Shown here one piece after another: positions 12,554 through 26,465 of a stretch of DNA of 63,812 bases. Under the pieces are notes generated by a model. That model ran no database searches and was not told the origin of the DNA. It saw only the letters and a program-made list of their open reading frames with translations. Numbering within the stretch: the stretch's first letter is position 1; each line of letters opens with the position of its first letter. The DNA is from Paraspadella gotoi (lineage: Eukaryota > Animalia > Chaetognatha): NCBI GenBank assembly GCA_051294375.1, contig CM119265.1, forward strand, positions 7,884,629 to 7,948,440. Direction: 5' to 3'. The translations under genes and the position numbers were made by a program.

Positions 12554-12761
12554 GATCCAAACTTCTTGATTCGGTTGACGATGAGACGAATCAATTTCGA
12601 AAAATTTCTATGACGATAATTTACTAGATTTTTTTTATATTTGAAAAATTACATTTTCTGTCTCGAAAATGTAACGGTTATTTTTGTTAAAGTATTGTAA
12701 GATATCTACTATTTGGCTCCCTCTCTCTCCTCTCTCTCTCCTCTTCTCTCTCCTGCTCTCT

Positions 12762-12793
<32 letters not shown>

Positions 12794-13494
12794 CCTCTCT
12801 CTCTCTCTTCTCTCTCTTTCTTCTTTCTCTATATTGGATTTCTTTATCTCGCTCTCCTTTCTTCTCTCTTTACCCATTTCCACTCGAACGCGGATCAAAA
12901 AACGATTAAGCTCTGCCTTTTTTTTTCAATTCTCGACTCAAAATATTTTTTTTCCGTAAGAAAAAAAAAGTTGAAAGATCGAAGACGAAAGAAGAAATTG
13001 AAAAGAAGCGAAGAACCAAAGAGGAAATCTCTAGCGCCCCTGACTCCCTCTCTATACACGCTCTTGTCCGATCATCTCTTCTCATATATACTCTTTTCTT
13101 TTTTTTTGACAACTTTATTTATATCTTCTCTCCGTATTGAAGGTATATAGGTATCTATAATACACCTTAATAACAATCTTAATAAATAAAAAAATAAATA
13201 AAAAAATGTCACTCGATCCCCTGCTTATTGTTTTCATCTTCCGATAATTTTTGTGTCTCTATATCAACAAAGTTGCTTTCCGAGTTCTTTTCTTCATTTG
13301 CCAATTATCCGTCTTCTATCTTTTATCTGTCTATCTTTTCTCTATCTCAGAGTTCAACTTCCCCACGGCCACATTAGAAATTTCTTGTCGTCAGCTCCCT
13401 CACTAGACCGTTGAACATGTCAGAACTTACTCACTTGCAGCGGATTCCCACGACACTATGATATGATATGATCGGAACACACAAGAAGAAGAAG

Positions 13495-13535
<41 letters not shown>

Positions 13536-13764
13536 AGAGAGAGAGAGAGAGAGGGAGGAGAGAGAGAGAGAGAGAGAGAGTTAAAAGAGTCTTAATCTGA
13601 TCATGCAAGCCTTTGTTTCCAAAAAGAGCTCGACTGTCGCCCCGCTGCTCTTTTAGGGGAAAAGAGAAAGAGGGGAGGAAAAAAGAGAGAGAAAGAGGAG
13701 AAAAGAGAGATTCGATCCTAAATTAAGAATCTATATTAGTTCCTCGTTCGATTCAGAGCCGAAT

Positions 13765-13847
<83 letters not shown>

Positions 13848-13901
13848 TGTTTGGTGCCCGCTGAAAGACGGCGTCTAATCGAGAGTTTTGAGCTATGTCT
13901 C

Positions 13902-13976
<75 letters not shown>

Positions 13977-16900
13977 TCTTCTCTCTCTCTCTCTCCTTCT
14001 CTCACGCTCGTCTATCGTCGATTTGGGGCTTTTTTCCGGTCCCGCGGGGGTGTGACTCGGGCCGGGGGGCTTTTTAGAAAGGGGAAGTTAAAACCAAGAA
14101 CGCTGATTGGTTGAGAGAGCGAGCCAATTACGTCCGATATTATCCAGGATGGCTGGTCGAGGGTCGAAGCCGAAGCAATTAATCATCCGAAGGGGTTGAG
14201 GAGGGAAAGGAGGGGGGAGAGAGAGAGAGAGAGGAGAGAGGAGAGAGAGAGAGAGAGAGAGAAGAGAGCCCGAGAGAGAAGAGAGAGAGAGAGAGAAAGG
14301 ATTTCTTCTTTCCTTTTTTCCGTCTGTCTCGCAGAGAGGGCCTGACGCGAGGGGGGCGGCTGTCCCGCCAAGATTGTCAAGGGGAGAATTTCCTAGTGAG
14401 ATGGTCAGTTTCTTATCCTGTTAAACTAATCATTGGTCAGCTTAAAAAAAGGATATTTTTCGTTTAGAATTTGCAAAAGAAGTTTTCAATCAATAAATAA
14501 ATATTCTATCTTTCTTTAGTTTTCCTCGAATTAACTTTCTTCTAAGAATATTAATATCAGTGACGTTTTTCGTTTCTCATCGTTATTGACAAAGTCCGCG
14601 CGGTGGGTAGCTCCAAGCAATCCGCTTTTCTCTCTCCTTTTTTTTTTTCAGCGAAGAAAGTCTTCAACTTGTATAATCCTCTTTCGTTTCCCTTTTGTTT
14701 ATAATTCGGGCACAAAAGGACAATGGTCGAATGGCCTTTTAAACTTCTTATAACATTTAATATCCCCCGAGAACCTCACTGAGGCGTCCCGTAATCCTCT
14801 ATAATAATTCGCCTTGTTAAACTTATGTACAGATTAGCAATTTCAAAAGAGAAAAAAAAACATTACATCCGACGAAATTTGCAGAAACAAGCGGACAGAC
14901 AGACCGGGCGCATTTTAAAGAGTAATTTATCGGGAACGAGCGCCTTTCTCATTGCCTTCGCGTCTGTGAAATAGACGTTTCTGTAAAATATTCCTCATTC
15001 CCCGGCGGCACATATTCTCTTTTTCCCAGACTTCCTTTTCTCTCTCTNNNNNNNNNNNNNNNNNNNNNNNNNNNNNNNNNNNNNNNNNNNNNNNNNNNNN
15101 NNNNNNNNNNNNNNNNNNNNNNNNNNNNNNNNNNNNNNNNNNNNNNNNNNNNNNNNNNNNNNNNNNNNNNNNNNNNNNNNNNNNNNNNNNNNNNNNNNNN
15201 NNNNNNNNNNNNNNNNNNNNNNNNNNNNNNNNNNNNNNNNNNNNNNNNNNNNNNNNNNNNNNNNNNNNNNNNNNNNNNNNNNNNNNNNNNNNNNNNNNNN
15301 NNNNNNNNNNNNNCCCCCCCTCTGTTTGCCCTTTCCTTTCCTCCCTTCTTTTTTTTCTTTTTTTTTCTTAATTTCTCTCCTTCCTTCCCTTTCCTCTCCT
15401 CCTTTTCGCTCCTCACATTAATTTCTCTCATTTTCAATTTCTTTCCCGTCAGGTCGACGTGATTATGAAGCGATTGAACCGGGAGCAAAGGGAGAAGGAA
15501 AACGTAGGAAGGGAGGAAAGGGAGAAGAGAAGGAGTCTAACGAGGGGAACATGTTTTAAAAAAATGAAGGAAAGAGAGTAGCGAGGTTAAAAATATGACG
15601 ATAAGAGTGGTTGAGGTGAAACAGTGAATGTTCCGACCAATGNNNNNNNNNNGGTAGAGGTGAAACAGTGAATGTTCCGAGCAATGGTCGAAAAAAAGGA
15701 AGAAAGGAAAGTAAAATAAAAATAAGTTTTTTCTTTTACAGAGAACAACGATGGGAATAACAATTTAAAAAAAATTCTGAGAAGAAAAAAAAGAAAAAAA
15801 AGAAGAAAAACGAAAAGTAGAGTAAAGTTAGCGTTTGGAGGTCGGAAGGTCGAAAGATCAAGGAAGAACGAAACGAAGACATTGAGAATATTCATTAAAA
15901 CAGGGGGAAAAAAACGAAGGAAGGAAAAANNNNNNNNNNNNNNNNNNNNNNNNNNNNNNNNNNNNNNNNNNNNNNNNNNNNNNNNNNNNNNNNNNNNNNN
16001 NNNNNNNNNNNNNNNNNNNNNNNNNNNNNNNNNNNNNNNNNNNNNNNNNNNNNNNNNNNNNNNNNNATAGAGATTAAGAGGGTGGGAGGTGCGAAGTCGG
16101 AATTAAGAGGAGTTTGAGAGGGTGGAAGGTGTACGATGTACGATGTACATGAATGCGGGGAAAAAAGAGGCGGNNNNNNNNNNNNNNNNNNNNNNNNNNN
16201 NNNNNNNNNNNNNNNNNNNNNNNNNNNNNNNNNNNNNNNNNNNNNNNNNNNNNNNNNNNNNNNNNNNNNNNNNNNNNNNNNNNNNNNNNNNNNNNNNNNN
16301 NNNNNNNNNNNNNNNNNNNNNNNNNNNNNNNNNNNNNNNNNNNNNNNNNNNNNNNNNNNNNNNNNNNNNNNNNNNNNNNNNNNNNNNNNNGAGAGGAAGA
16401 TGCGAAGGAATAGAAAAGAAAAGAAAAGCGACGGACCGAAGAGAGTGAAGAGCAGATCTAGAAGGGATTGAAGGAAATGTCTGACAAGGAAAGGTGTTAA
16501 AAAAAAANNNNNNNNNNNNNNNNNNNNNNNNNNNNNNNNNNNNNNNNNNNNNNNNNNNNNNNNNNNNNNNNNNNNNNNNNNNNNNNNNNNNNNNNNNNNN
16601 NNNNNNNNNNNNNNNNNNNNNNNNNNNNNNNNNNNNNNNNNNNNNNNNNNNNNNNNNNNNNNNNNNNNNNNNNNNNNNNNNNNNNNNNNNNNNNNNNNNN
16701 NNNNNNNNNNNNNNNGCCGCCGACGCCGCCGACGCCGCCGACGAAGACTGCCGACGCAGAACGAGGCGCAGTTCATGTATTTCTTCTTATCGTCCGGATA
16801 ATTAGTTACAATTAGTCGGTGAAAACGACGAATACAGATGCAGGAGTCTGAGCCGAGGAGAAAAAAAAAACGCGGAGGGTGAAAAAGAAAACTGTTGATT

Positions 16901-17620
16901 TAGATTAAAGAAAGTTTGGTCGAGACTGTTCCTTATTGTTGACTCGTACTGTCTGACCAATAAATGTATTGCATTCTTACTTTACTTTAATATGTCAGAA
17001 TTTAATAATTTCAGATGAAATACTGCGTTGAAGTTATTCTCAGTTTTTTTCTTTGAATTTAAAATCCCCTTTGTAATCCGTCGGCGACATATTAACATAT
17101 TAACATATTAACCTTAACGCGCCCTACTTTTTTTTGGAAAGGTCGGGGCTCGCCTTACTTTGAAGAGGGCAACACTTGTGGACGCTCGCTGATGAAAATC
17201 GCGCCACCAGCGCATGCGCGAGATCAGATTCAAACGAATCAATATCGTAATGATTGCAGAAAATTCGCCTTCTGCTGTGGGAAGCGACAATATGAATTTG
17301 AGAGAAAAATCATTTATGTAATTGCTTCCTTGTCTGTATTTTACAGATGTCTATAGCGAAACGAAAAAATAAAAAAAAAAATAGACGAGAGACTAAAGAC
17401 AAGGATTAAAATTTTTAAAAAATGATTTCACGAATTTGGGTGAAGTCAGTTTTTCTGTCAATCCCATATGCAAATGGTTCGTCATAAAAAAAAATTAAAA
17501 AAGAAAGTCGCGCATACATTAGTGCGTTCGTTTCCCACACCTTCCCTTCCCCTCGGTCATCCAGGACGCGATTTGGACTTTTTGAAGGTCAAAACTCAGA
17601 AATCTTTCTCACTCACTTAC

Positions 17621-17710
<90 letters not shown>

Positions 17711-20700
17711 GCATCTCTTTGAATGTCCTTAAAAGCTTAGCGACCATCCGCTCGTGTTACTGTGTGAGGTTTATTTCCCTCTTTTTATTTATTTATACTA
17801 TCACTATTTGTCCTGTGTTATTTTTATTACAGTCTGTCAGTCTATCGGTAATATGTCGACATATTTTATACATTTGCAAATAAAATTAAACCTTCCCTTT
17901 TTTTAAAAACACGAGATACAAATTTTTAAATCGTTCGAAAATTTTAACAGTTTTAAATTTTAAAACAATCACAAAAAAACAAAACAAAACCATGTTTTAA
18001 CTCACTACTTCATCTGCGGTTGTATACTACTAAGAAAGATACGATAGCAAACAAGCCAACTCATTTCCTGCCCCGACCAACAAACCTTATTTATAATTCA
18101 TCGATTTGTTTATGCGTCGCTCTCGTCGTCGTCGTCGTCGTCGTCGCCGTTGTTGTTGCATCTTTTCATGTTTTTTCCTTTCTTTTTCTCTGTTGTGACT
18201 CGTTCTTCAGAGAGCAACGAAAACGAAATAAACGACGACGACGACGACGACGAAAAAAAATGGCGAAAGAGATGACAAAGACAAATAGGATTTCGTCGGG
18301 GAAAATGGCCGAATTCAATACAAAGGAAAATATGACAAAATCGACGACGACGAAGACAACGACGACATTCAAAATGACGTGATGAAAAGACGACGATGAA
18401 GAAGGGAACAAAGTTGACAGACACTCGAATAAACATATAATTGGGAAAGACGAGAAAGAGGACGACGACAATGACGACGACGACCACGACGACGACGACG
18501 ACGACGACGAAATCGGGGAAGCGCAAAAGTGAGAGATAAAGTGACCTTTCCATGAAGGAAAAGGATCTGAGAGGGCGCTTCGTGAAGGGAACGGGGAGCG
18601 TGTGAGAGAGGAGGGGTATGAGAGGAAGAGCTGAGAGGCAGTGGGATTGATGAGAGAGAGAGAGAGAGAGTACCATAACGCCTTGATGTCGTCCAGGGAG
18701 AATGGCGAGATTTCGTAGTGAAACGGCAATTTCTCCGAATTGGGTTGGGAAAATCGATTGAACGCGTGACGCCCACGCCTTCCTCTCTCCCTCTGTCTCT
18801 TTCTCTCTCTCTGTCTCTTTGTCTTTCTTACTTCTTCCTTTTCTCCCTCTCTCCTTATATATAAATCTCCATCTCCCCCCCCCTTCTATCTTTCTAATCG
18901 ACCCATATATACATAGGGAAAAAATCCCAGCCACGCCCTGAGCCTGGCACCATGGCAACTCACCATAGAAACGCGCACGACACTCCCCCACCCCCCTTTT
19001 AGACATCGCAGGCTCTCCCCGTTTCCTCTGAGGTCAGCGCCGGTCTCAAGGGGGGAGAGGGGAGGAAAGAAAAAAAGGAGAAAAGGGAGGAAAGAAAAAA
19101 GAAAAAAAGTTGTGAGATTCAATTTTGGCCGAAAAGATGAAAGCGCGAGCATTGAGCTGTCACTTTCTGAGTTTTCCGTCGCTCGACCACCATTTTCCAC
19201 TTAACATTTTCTTCCAGATCCACATTCTCGCCCCACACCGCATAAAACGCAAAACTCGTTAGGTATCAAATGAGGTACGAGACTTCCTTTTAGTGCCCAT
19301 TATTTTTCCATCATACTTTTTGAATCTTTGTCTAATACCTATTTCAACATGCTATCCCTTTTTATCCAGTTCACTTCTACTCTCCCACCAACCCACCTTT
19401 CCCTTCCTCCCTTCCTNNNNNNNNNNNNNNNNNNNNNNNNNNNNNNNNNNNNNNNNNNNNNNNNNNNNNNNNNNNNNNNNNNNNNNNNNNNNNNNNNNNN
19501 NNNNNNNNNNNNNNNNNNNNNNNNNNNNNNNNNNNNNNNNNNNNNNNNNNNNNNNNNNNNNNNNNNNNNNNNNNNNNNNNNNNNNNNNNNNNNNNNNNNN
19601 NNNNNNNNNNNNNNNNNNNNNNNNNNNNNNNNNNNNNNNNNNNNNNNNNNNNTTTCTTCTATGTACATAAAGTTGCGTCAAGTTTTGTGTTCGGCCTTTG
19701 TTGCTATTGTTATGATCATTAGTCGCTGATTTCCTGTAGGCACATTGTTGATCGCCATTCATAATTGTTAAGCTGCTCCCGCGCCCTCTGTTCCTCAAAA
19801 CCACCTGTAATTTTTTTTCCCTTTTTTTTCCGCAGACAGTCTTTGTACCACACTTACCATTTTTACCAAACTTACCTTTTTATTCTCTCGCGTCCCGCTG
19901 CTCATTTTTTTTTCACTTTCCCTTCTAAACTCTTCAGGTTTTTCCTTTTATTTATTCTCTCTTTCTTTATTTCTGTCCTTCTCTTCCTTTCTTTATTCTT
20001 TATTCTTTTCACTCTCTTCCGGACCATATACCTTTAACCCAATTTAGCTGTTGATGGCTGAAAAAAAAGGGTCTTTCCTTTTCAGTTGAAAAACTGGCAG
20101 AGTCATAATAATGACTGTAAATTTTATGCGGAATGGCCGTGACGGGAGCGTTAGAGAGAGTGAAAATAGTTTGTGAGATGNNNNNNNNNNNNNNNNNNNN
20201 NNNNNNNNNNNNNNNNNNNNNNNNNNNNNNNNNNNNNNNNNNNNNNNNNNNNNNNNNNNNNNNNNNNNNNNNNNNNNNNNNNNNNNNNNNNNNNNNNNNN
20301 NNNNNNNNNNNNNNNNNNNNNNNNNNNNNNNNNNNNNNNNNNNNNNNNNNNNNNNNNNNNNNNNNNNNNNNNNNNNNNNNNNNNNNNGTGGAGCATAGAA
20401 AATGTAGAATTCGATTCTAGGTCAACCTCTGGGATGGATTTGTCAGGTGCTTCGACACGACAGACGGACAAAGAATCCTCTCTTAATCTGTCGTGGACTA
20501 AAAAAAAATATTTTTTTTTTTTTAAATATGGTTTCCTTTTTTATAGATCTTATCTTTTTAGTGGGGAATCTTTTCAGCAGAAGCCGAGGCTTGAGAGGCG
20601 TGCCGACAGNNNNNNNNNNNNNNNNNNNNNNNNNNNNNNNNNNNNNNNNNNNNNNNNNNNNNNNNNNNNNNNNNNNNNNNNNNNNNNNNNNNNNNNNNNN

Positions 20701-21237
20701 NNNNNNNNNNNNNNNNNNNNNNNNNNNNNNNNNNNNNNNNNNNNNNNNNNNNNNNNNNNNNNNNNNNNNNNNNNNNNNNNNNNNNNNNNNNNNNNNNNTT
20801 TTTTTTTTTTTTAAGAAAACTTTCAGCTTTGAAAAAATGAAGGAAAGAAAAGAAGAAAAAATATGAGAAGGAAAGAGTGAGATAGGGAGGTAGCAAAAAA
20901 AATGAGAAAGATAGAGAGAAAGCGAAATATCTAGGTGCTGGAAAACGTTTTAGTTGCAACAGAGTTTAATTGAAAACGTGGTTATTTGCCAAATAGTTTA
21001 CTTGATGCTTTCCTCAAAATAAATTTGCGTTCCTTTCGTATCTGACGAGAGTAGTTAAAATGCCTTTTAAATAAATCAACTCTCATCTAATTTGTTTTGT
21101 CTTTTATTATTCCTTTCCTTTTCATGCTAACGTTCACAAAAACAGGTAAGAATTATTTTTTATTCGTTTTATGACAAGTTGTATCAACACGGAATATTCA
21201 TTGTTCAATTGTTCCATCATAGTTTCATCTTTGGACG

Positions 21238-21295
<58 letters not shown>

Positions 21296-21515
21296 ATAAC
21301 ATCATCATCATCATAATACCGTCCAAAGATGAAACTATGATGGAACAATTGAACAATGAATATTCCGTGTTGATACAACTTGTCATAAAACGAATAAAAA
21401 ATAATTCTTACCTGTTTTTGTGAACGTTAGCATGAAAAGGAAAGGAATAATAAAAGACAAAACAAATTAGATGAGAGTTGATTTATTTAAAAGGCATTTT
21501 AACTACTCTCGTCAG

Positions 21516-23870
21516 CAAGTATGTCATCCTTCAGAATCGCTTCCCCCGGGGGCGGTGCTGGGGGCGGCCCCGCGGGGTGGCTCCGCGGGGCGGCCCCGAG
21601 GGGCAGGCAAATCCTTACCGCCTAGGGGCGGCCCCCTGTAGCCTCTTTTTTGGAGCCCCAAGGGCCACTCCAGGGGAATCCCCCAGGGGCTAGAAAAACC
21701 TTGCCCCCTGGGGCTACCCCCAGGGGAATGGATTTTCCTGCCCCCTGGAACGGCTCTCTCTCCCTCCTATCTCTCTCTCTACTCTCTCTCCCTCTCTCTC
21801 TCTCTCTTTGTCTATCTATTTTCTATTTTCATCTTTCATTACAATAAAATATAAAAATAAAAATAATATTTTTCACTTCAATTAATCAATTAATGAACCA
21901 ATAGCTGCACCAATACCAACTTGCATAATTTGGTCACCTTGCATAATTTAGTCAATTGACATAATTTGGTCAACTGACATAAATTGGTCAACTGATATAA
22001 TTTAATCAACTTTTAAAATTTGGTAACTTTTATAATTTGGTAAACTTTTATAATTTGGTAATTTTTTTATAATTTAGTTAACTTGCTTAATTTGGTTAAC
22101 CTTCATAATTGGCTAAACTTTTATAATTTGGTAAACTTTAATAATTTGGTAAACTTTAATAATTTGGTAAACTTTCATATTTGGTAAACTTTCATAATTT
22201 AATCAATTTGCATAATTAAATCAACTTGCATAATTTGGTCAACTTGCATAATTTGGTCAATTTCATAGATTTGTCAATTGGCATAAATTGGTCAACTGGT
22301 ATAAATTGGTTAATTTGCTTAATTTAGTCAACAGTCATAATTTGGTCAACTTGCATAATTTGGTCAACTTAGATAATTTGGACAACTTGGATAATTTGGT
22401 CAAATTAATTAATTTGGTCAACAATCAACTTAACAATTAGCTCATTAATAATTTTATCCGATAGAAATAAAAAAAAGAAGAGAGAAATAGAGTGCAAAAA
22501 TTTTTTTAATAATGTTCAAGTAAAAGTAACTTTTATTTTTCCATTAAAACTTACTTTCATTTTTCTACCCACACACAATATTTTATCTTAAAAATTTTAT
22601 AGAATAAAGAGTAGGATGGTTTTAATTTTTTAATTCATTTATAAAAAATAATTAATTAAAAAATATTTAATTGATTAATTAATTAATATCAGTCTTTAAG
22701 TCCATCCCATATTAGCATTAAACTCCAATTATTCGTGATTAAATAGATGGATTGGAATAAAATTTTGTATGTGGGTAGAAAAGTATGTGATTGAGCTAGA
22801 TATAAAGTTTTGCTCACTCTCTCTCTCAAATCGTCAGCCTCTACTTAACAACGTGAGTTCATCTTAAGCAATCTACAAACTGACGATTATTAATTACAAA
22901 TCTTAAATAAAATAAAATTTATTTTACGATGTAGAACTCGTTTAATGTTGATGAATAGTTTTTATTGTTTTTTTGGGGGACTCCATAATTCACTAAGTAG
23001 GTCTGTCAGTCACTGCCCATTATTTGTTTGGTGATTTATTTAATTTTTTTTTAAACATCAAATTATGAATTTTTTTTTTTTAAATTATGTCTCTCTATCA
23101 GTCTATCAGTATGTCCATCCAACAAAAAAGAAATACAAAAAATTAAAAAAGAAAGATAAAAAAAGACAAAAAAAAAGAAGACAATGACTGATTAGCTTTT
23201 TACCACTAAATTTGTGTGGCTACGTCCTACATTGTTTGTTATAACTTGTTTCTATATCTTTTAACTGAAATAAAATAATTGGGTTAAAAATACAAATATT
23301 ATAATTTTTAGATAAAATATGGAATAAATGAGTTAACAATAATTTGAAAAATATGTATATTTAATTCAGTTACATAAAACAAGTCTTGAAAGAGAGAAAA
23401 AAATATCTATAGAGAGAGAAAAAAGAGAAAGAGAAAAAAAAAGAAAGAGTGAATGAGAAAAAGAGAGAGAGAGAAAAAGAGAGAGAGAAAAAGAAAAAGG
23501 GAGAGAGAAAGAGAGAGTAACAGACAGAGAGAAATATTCTCAGATATAATAACATAGTCAGAAAGTATATTTTCTTATCTAAACTTTGCTCTCTCTTTAA
23601 CTCGCCCCTGGGGGAGCATTTTTTTGCTCCCCAAGGGGTTACCCCCAGGGGCAGACTTTTTTTGGCCCCAGGGGGCTAAGCATTAGGGGCGCCCCTAATA
23701 GACCCAAAATGTTGGCCCCAGGGGGAACCCCCCTGGGGCGGCCCCCTGAAGCAATCCAGAGGGGGCGCCCCCTCAATGACCATTTTGCTGCTCCCCCTGG
23801 AATAGTCTACCCCTGGGGCCGCCCCTAGAGCCGCCCCGCGGGGCGGAGGATTTGGGAGATGACATATCTC
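21516..23870. mobile_element. 2355-bp non-autonomous TIR DNA transposon with 8-bp target-site duplication
   Basis: CTCGTCAG duplicated at 21508-21515 and 23871-23878; the empty site is visible in the other palindrome arm (~21035-21056). Termini share TATGTCATC in inverted orientation. About 240-bp GC-rich imperfect TIRs rich in CCCCWGGGG/GGGGCGGCCCC; AT-rich interior with no transposase ORF. Confidence 0.9.
21918..22425 (+). repeat. 18-bp minisatellite (CAACTTGCATAATTTGGT consensus), ~28 copies, inside the TIR element
   Basis: Direct repeats visible, e.g. 22222-22257. Confidence 0.92.
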
Positions 23871-24461
23871 CTCGTCAGATACGAAAGGAACGCAAATTTA
23901 TTTTGAGGAAAGCATCAAGTAAACCATTTGGCAAATAACCACGTTTTCAATTAAACTCTGTTGCAACTAAAACGTTTTCCAGCACCTAGATATTTCGCTT
24001 TCTCTCTATCTTTCTCATTTTTTTTTGCTACCTCCCTATCTCACTCTTTCCTTCTCATATTTTTTCTTCTTTTCTTTCCTTCATTTTTTCAAAGCTGAAA
24101 GTTTTCTTAAAAAAAAAAAAAAATCCAGGCCGACCGTTCGGCGGTGATCGTCGAGGTCGCCGGGGCAACTGCCGACGCCGCCGGGCCAGCGGCCGACGCA
24201 GCTCCGGCTAGGCTGCTGTCGACACGCCTCTCAAGCCTCGGCTTCTGCTGAAAAGATTCCCCACTAAAAAGATAAGATCTATAAAAAAGGAAACCATATT
24301 TAAAAAAAAAAATATATTTTTTTTTAGTCCACGACAGATTAAGAGAGGATTCTTTGTCCGTCTGTCGTGTCGAAGCACCTGACAAATCCATCCCAGAGGT
24401 TGACCTAGAATCGAATTCTACATTTTCTATGCTCCACTACCTCTGCCCCACCCTTTCTCTC

Positions 24462-24537
<76 letters not shown>

Positions 24538-25567
24538 TCACAAACTATTTTCACTCTCTCTAACGCTCCCGTCACGGCCATTCCGCATAAAATTTACAGT
24601 CATTATTATGACTCTGCCAGTTTTTCAACTGAAAAGGAAAGACCCTTTTTTTTCAGCCATCAACAGCTAAATTGGGTTAAAGGTATATGGTCCGGAAGAG
24701 AGTGAAAAGAATAAAGAATAAGAAAGGAAGAGAAGGACAGAAATAAAGAAAGAGAGAATAAATNNNNNNNNNNNNNNNNNNNNNNNNNCGTTCCTCCGAA
24801 ATCTTTGCACTTTTTATCTTTCCATCGCATCTGCGTCGACTTTTCCGCGAATTAAACGAAAGCGACTTTTTGAATGTGAATCGGGATGAGTCATCGCGTT
24901 GAACCTACGCTGGGCGGCAGCAGCAGCCACCGCAGCGCCAGCAGCGGCATCTACAGCTTCCGGGTATTTTTTTTTTGTTTTTTCTATTTTTGCTATTCGG
25001 TCGTCTGCGCGTATTTGTTTAAAACAAACAATTTTTTTTGTCAACTCAGGTTTGTTTTATAACAAAAATCCCAGAGTTTTTGTCGCCATCGTCTTCATCA
25101 TAGTCGTCGTTGGTTCTCTAACTTTTTTTAAGTAATTTCTTTCTCTCAACTCGTTGCGCTTTTGTCTTTCAAACGTCCTCCTGTTTCGGACCGGAAGACA
25201 GCGACATCTGCGACCTCTTGACGCTCCTTTTTTCCCGTCGTTGATTTTATCCACTTTAGCGCTTTGGATGACGACGAAGACGGCGAAGACGAAGCTTAAT
25301 CGATTATTGTGTTGAAGAGTTCACAGCTGAACCCGTCACAAAAACGATTGCTTCTACGAACGAAGGCGTGAGGCGCTTTGATTTCGTTCGTTNNNNNNNN
25401 NNNNNNNNNNNNNNNNNNNNNNNNNNNNNNNNNNNNNNNNNNNNNNNNNNNNNNNNNNNNNNNNNNNNNNNNNNNNNNNNNNNNNNNNNNNNNNNNNNNN
25501 NNNNNNNNNNNNNNNNNNNNNNNNNNNNNNNNNNNNNNNNNNNNNNNNNNNNNNNNNNNNNNNNNNN

Positions 25568-25994
25568 GAAATTCCCGGGGCGAAGGCGAACTCGACGGTG
25601 GCAACGGCGAACTCAGAAAAGTAGACTGCGACGACGACTTTCTTAGCGAACCGATTTTTTTTTTCTTTTCCTTCCTTCCTTCCTTCCATTCCATTCCTTC
25701 CCTTCCTTCCTTCCTTCCCTTGCCTTCCCTTCCTCCACTTCTTATCCATTCACTTCCCTCCCTTCCTTCCTTGCCTTCCTCCTTCCTTCACTTCCTTCCT
25801 TCCTTCCTTACCTCTTCCTTCCTTCCTCCCTGTCCTTCCTTCCCTTCCTCCCTTCCCTCCTTCCTTCCCTTCCTTTCGCTCCGGAATTTTAACAAAAAAA
25901 AATCGGTTTCGCTAAGAAAGTCGTTCGTCGCAAGTCTATTTTCTGGAGTTTCGCCGTTGCCTACCGTCGAGTTCGCCTTCGCCCCGGGAATTTC
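25568..25994. repeat. ~100-bp inverted repeat flanking a (CCTT)n tract, adjacent to a gap
   Basis: gaaattcccggggcgaaggcgaactcgacgg (25568-) is reverse-complemented at 25964-25994, with indels. Confidence 0.85.
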
Positions 25995-26251
25995 TGTCTC
26001 GTCGTCGCCATCGTCGTGATCGTCGCCGCCGCCGTCGTCCGTGATCGTCGTCGTTTGCCATCGGTCGCTCGTCTCGCGCGGAAGGAATCTGACTTCAATA
26101 TCGAGTTTTTTCCATATAAAAATGATTTATCGCGCTCGCGAGGGTCCTCTGAGTTTCTCGACGAGGATGGTCGGAGTGGTGATGAGGGGAGGGGGGGGGG
26201 AAAGTTTGTAAAAGGGGCGGGTGCGTCGTGCTGTGTGAGGTTTGGTGGTTA

Positions 26252-26465
26252 AGGAACGACGGAACGAACGAAGGAACGAACGAGAAGGGAACGAACGATA
26301 GAACGAAGGAACTTGAACGAAATGGAATCGAACGAAGGAACGAACGACAGGAACGACACGACTCATGAAACGAAACGATCATGAACGAACGAACGAACGA
26401 ACGAAGGAACGATAGGAACGAACGAACGAAACGAAACATACGAAGGAACGAAGGAACGCAACGAA
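26252..26465 (+). repeat. (GAAC)n / GGAACGAAC simple repeat
   Basis: Visible directly. Confidence 0.9.

Larger units (their letters stand above)
19950..24763. repeat. Large inverted duplication: left arm ~19950-21240, spacer 21241-21316, right arm 21317-21515 plus 23879-24763
   Basis: Arms are reverse complements and nearly identical, with a few substitutions (e.g. ccaaatagtt vs ccaaatggtt; gtgccgac vs gtgtcgac). Confidence 0.95.

Noticed and set aside
15611-15688. 30-bp direct repeat either side of a 10-N gap
   Set aside because: Overlapping contig ends; assembly artefact.
18680-18760. QFGEIAVSLRNL../LDDI as an FG-GAP blade of the alpha-like gene
   Set aside because: Match too weak, needs a frameshift, and has no clear splice sites.
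25568-25994. Hairpin/MITE interpretation of the 100-bp inverted repeat
   Set aside because: Abuts a gap, arms differ by indels and no TSD is visible; probably misoriented gap fill.
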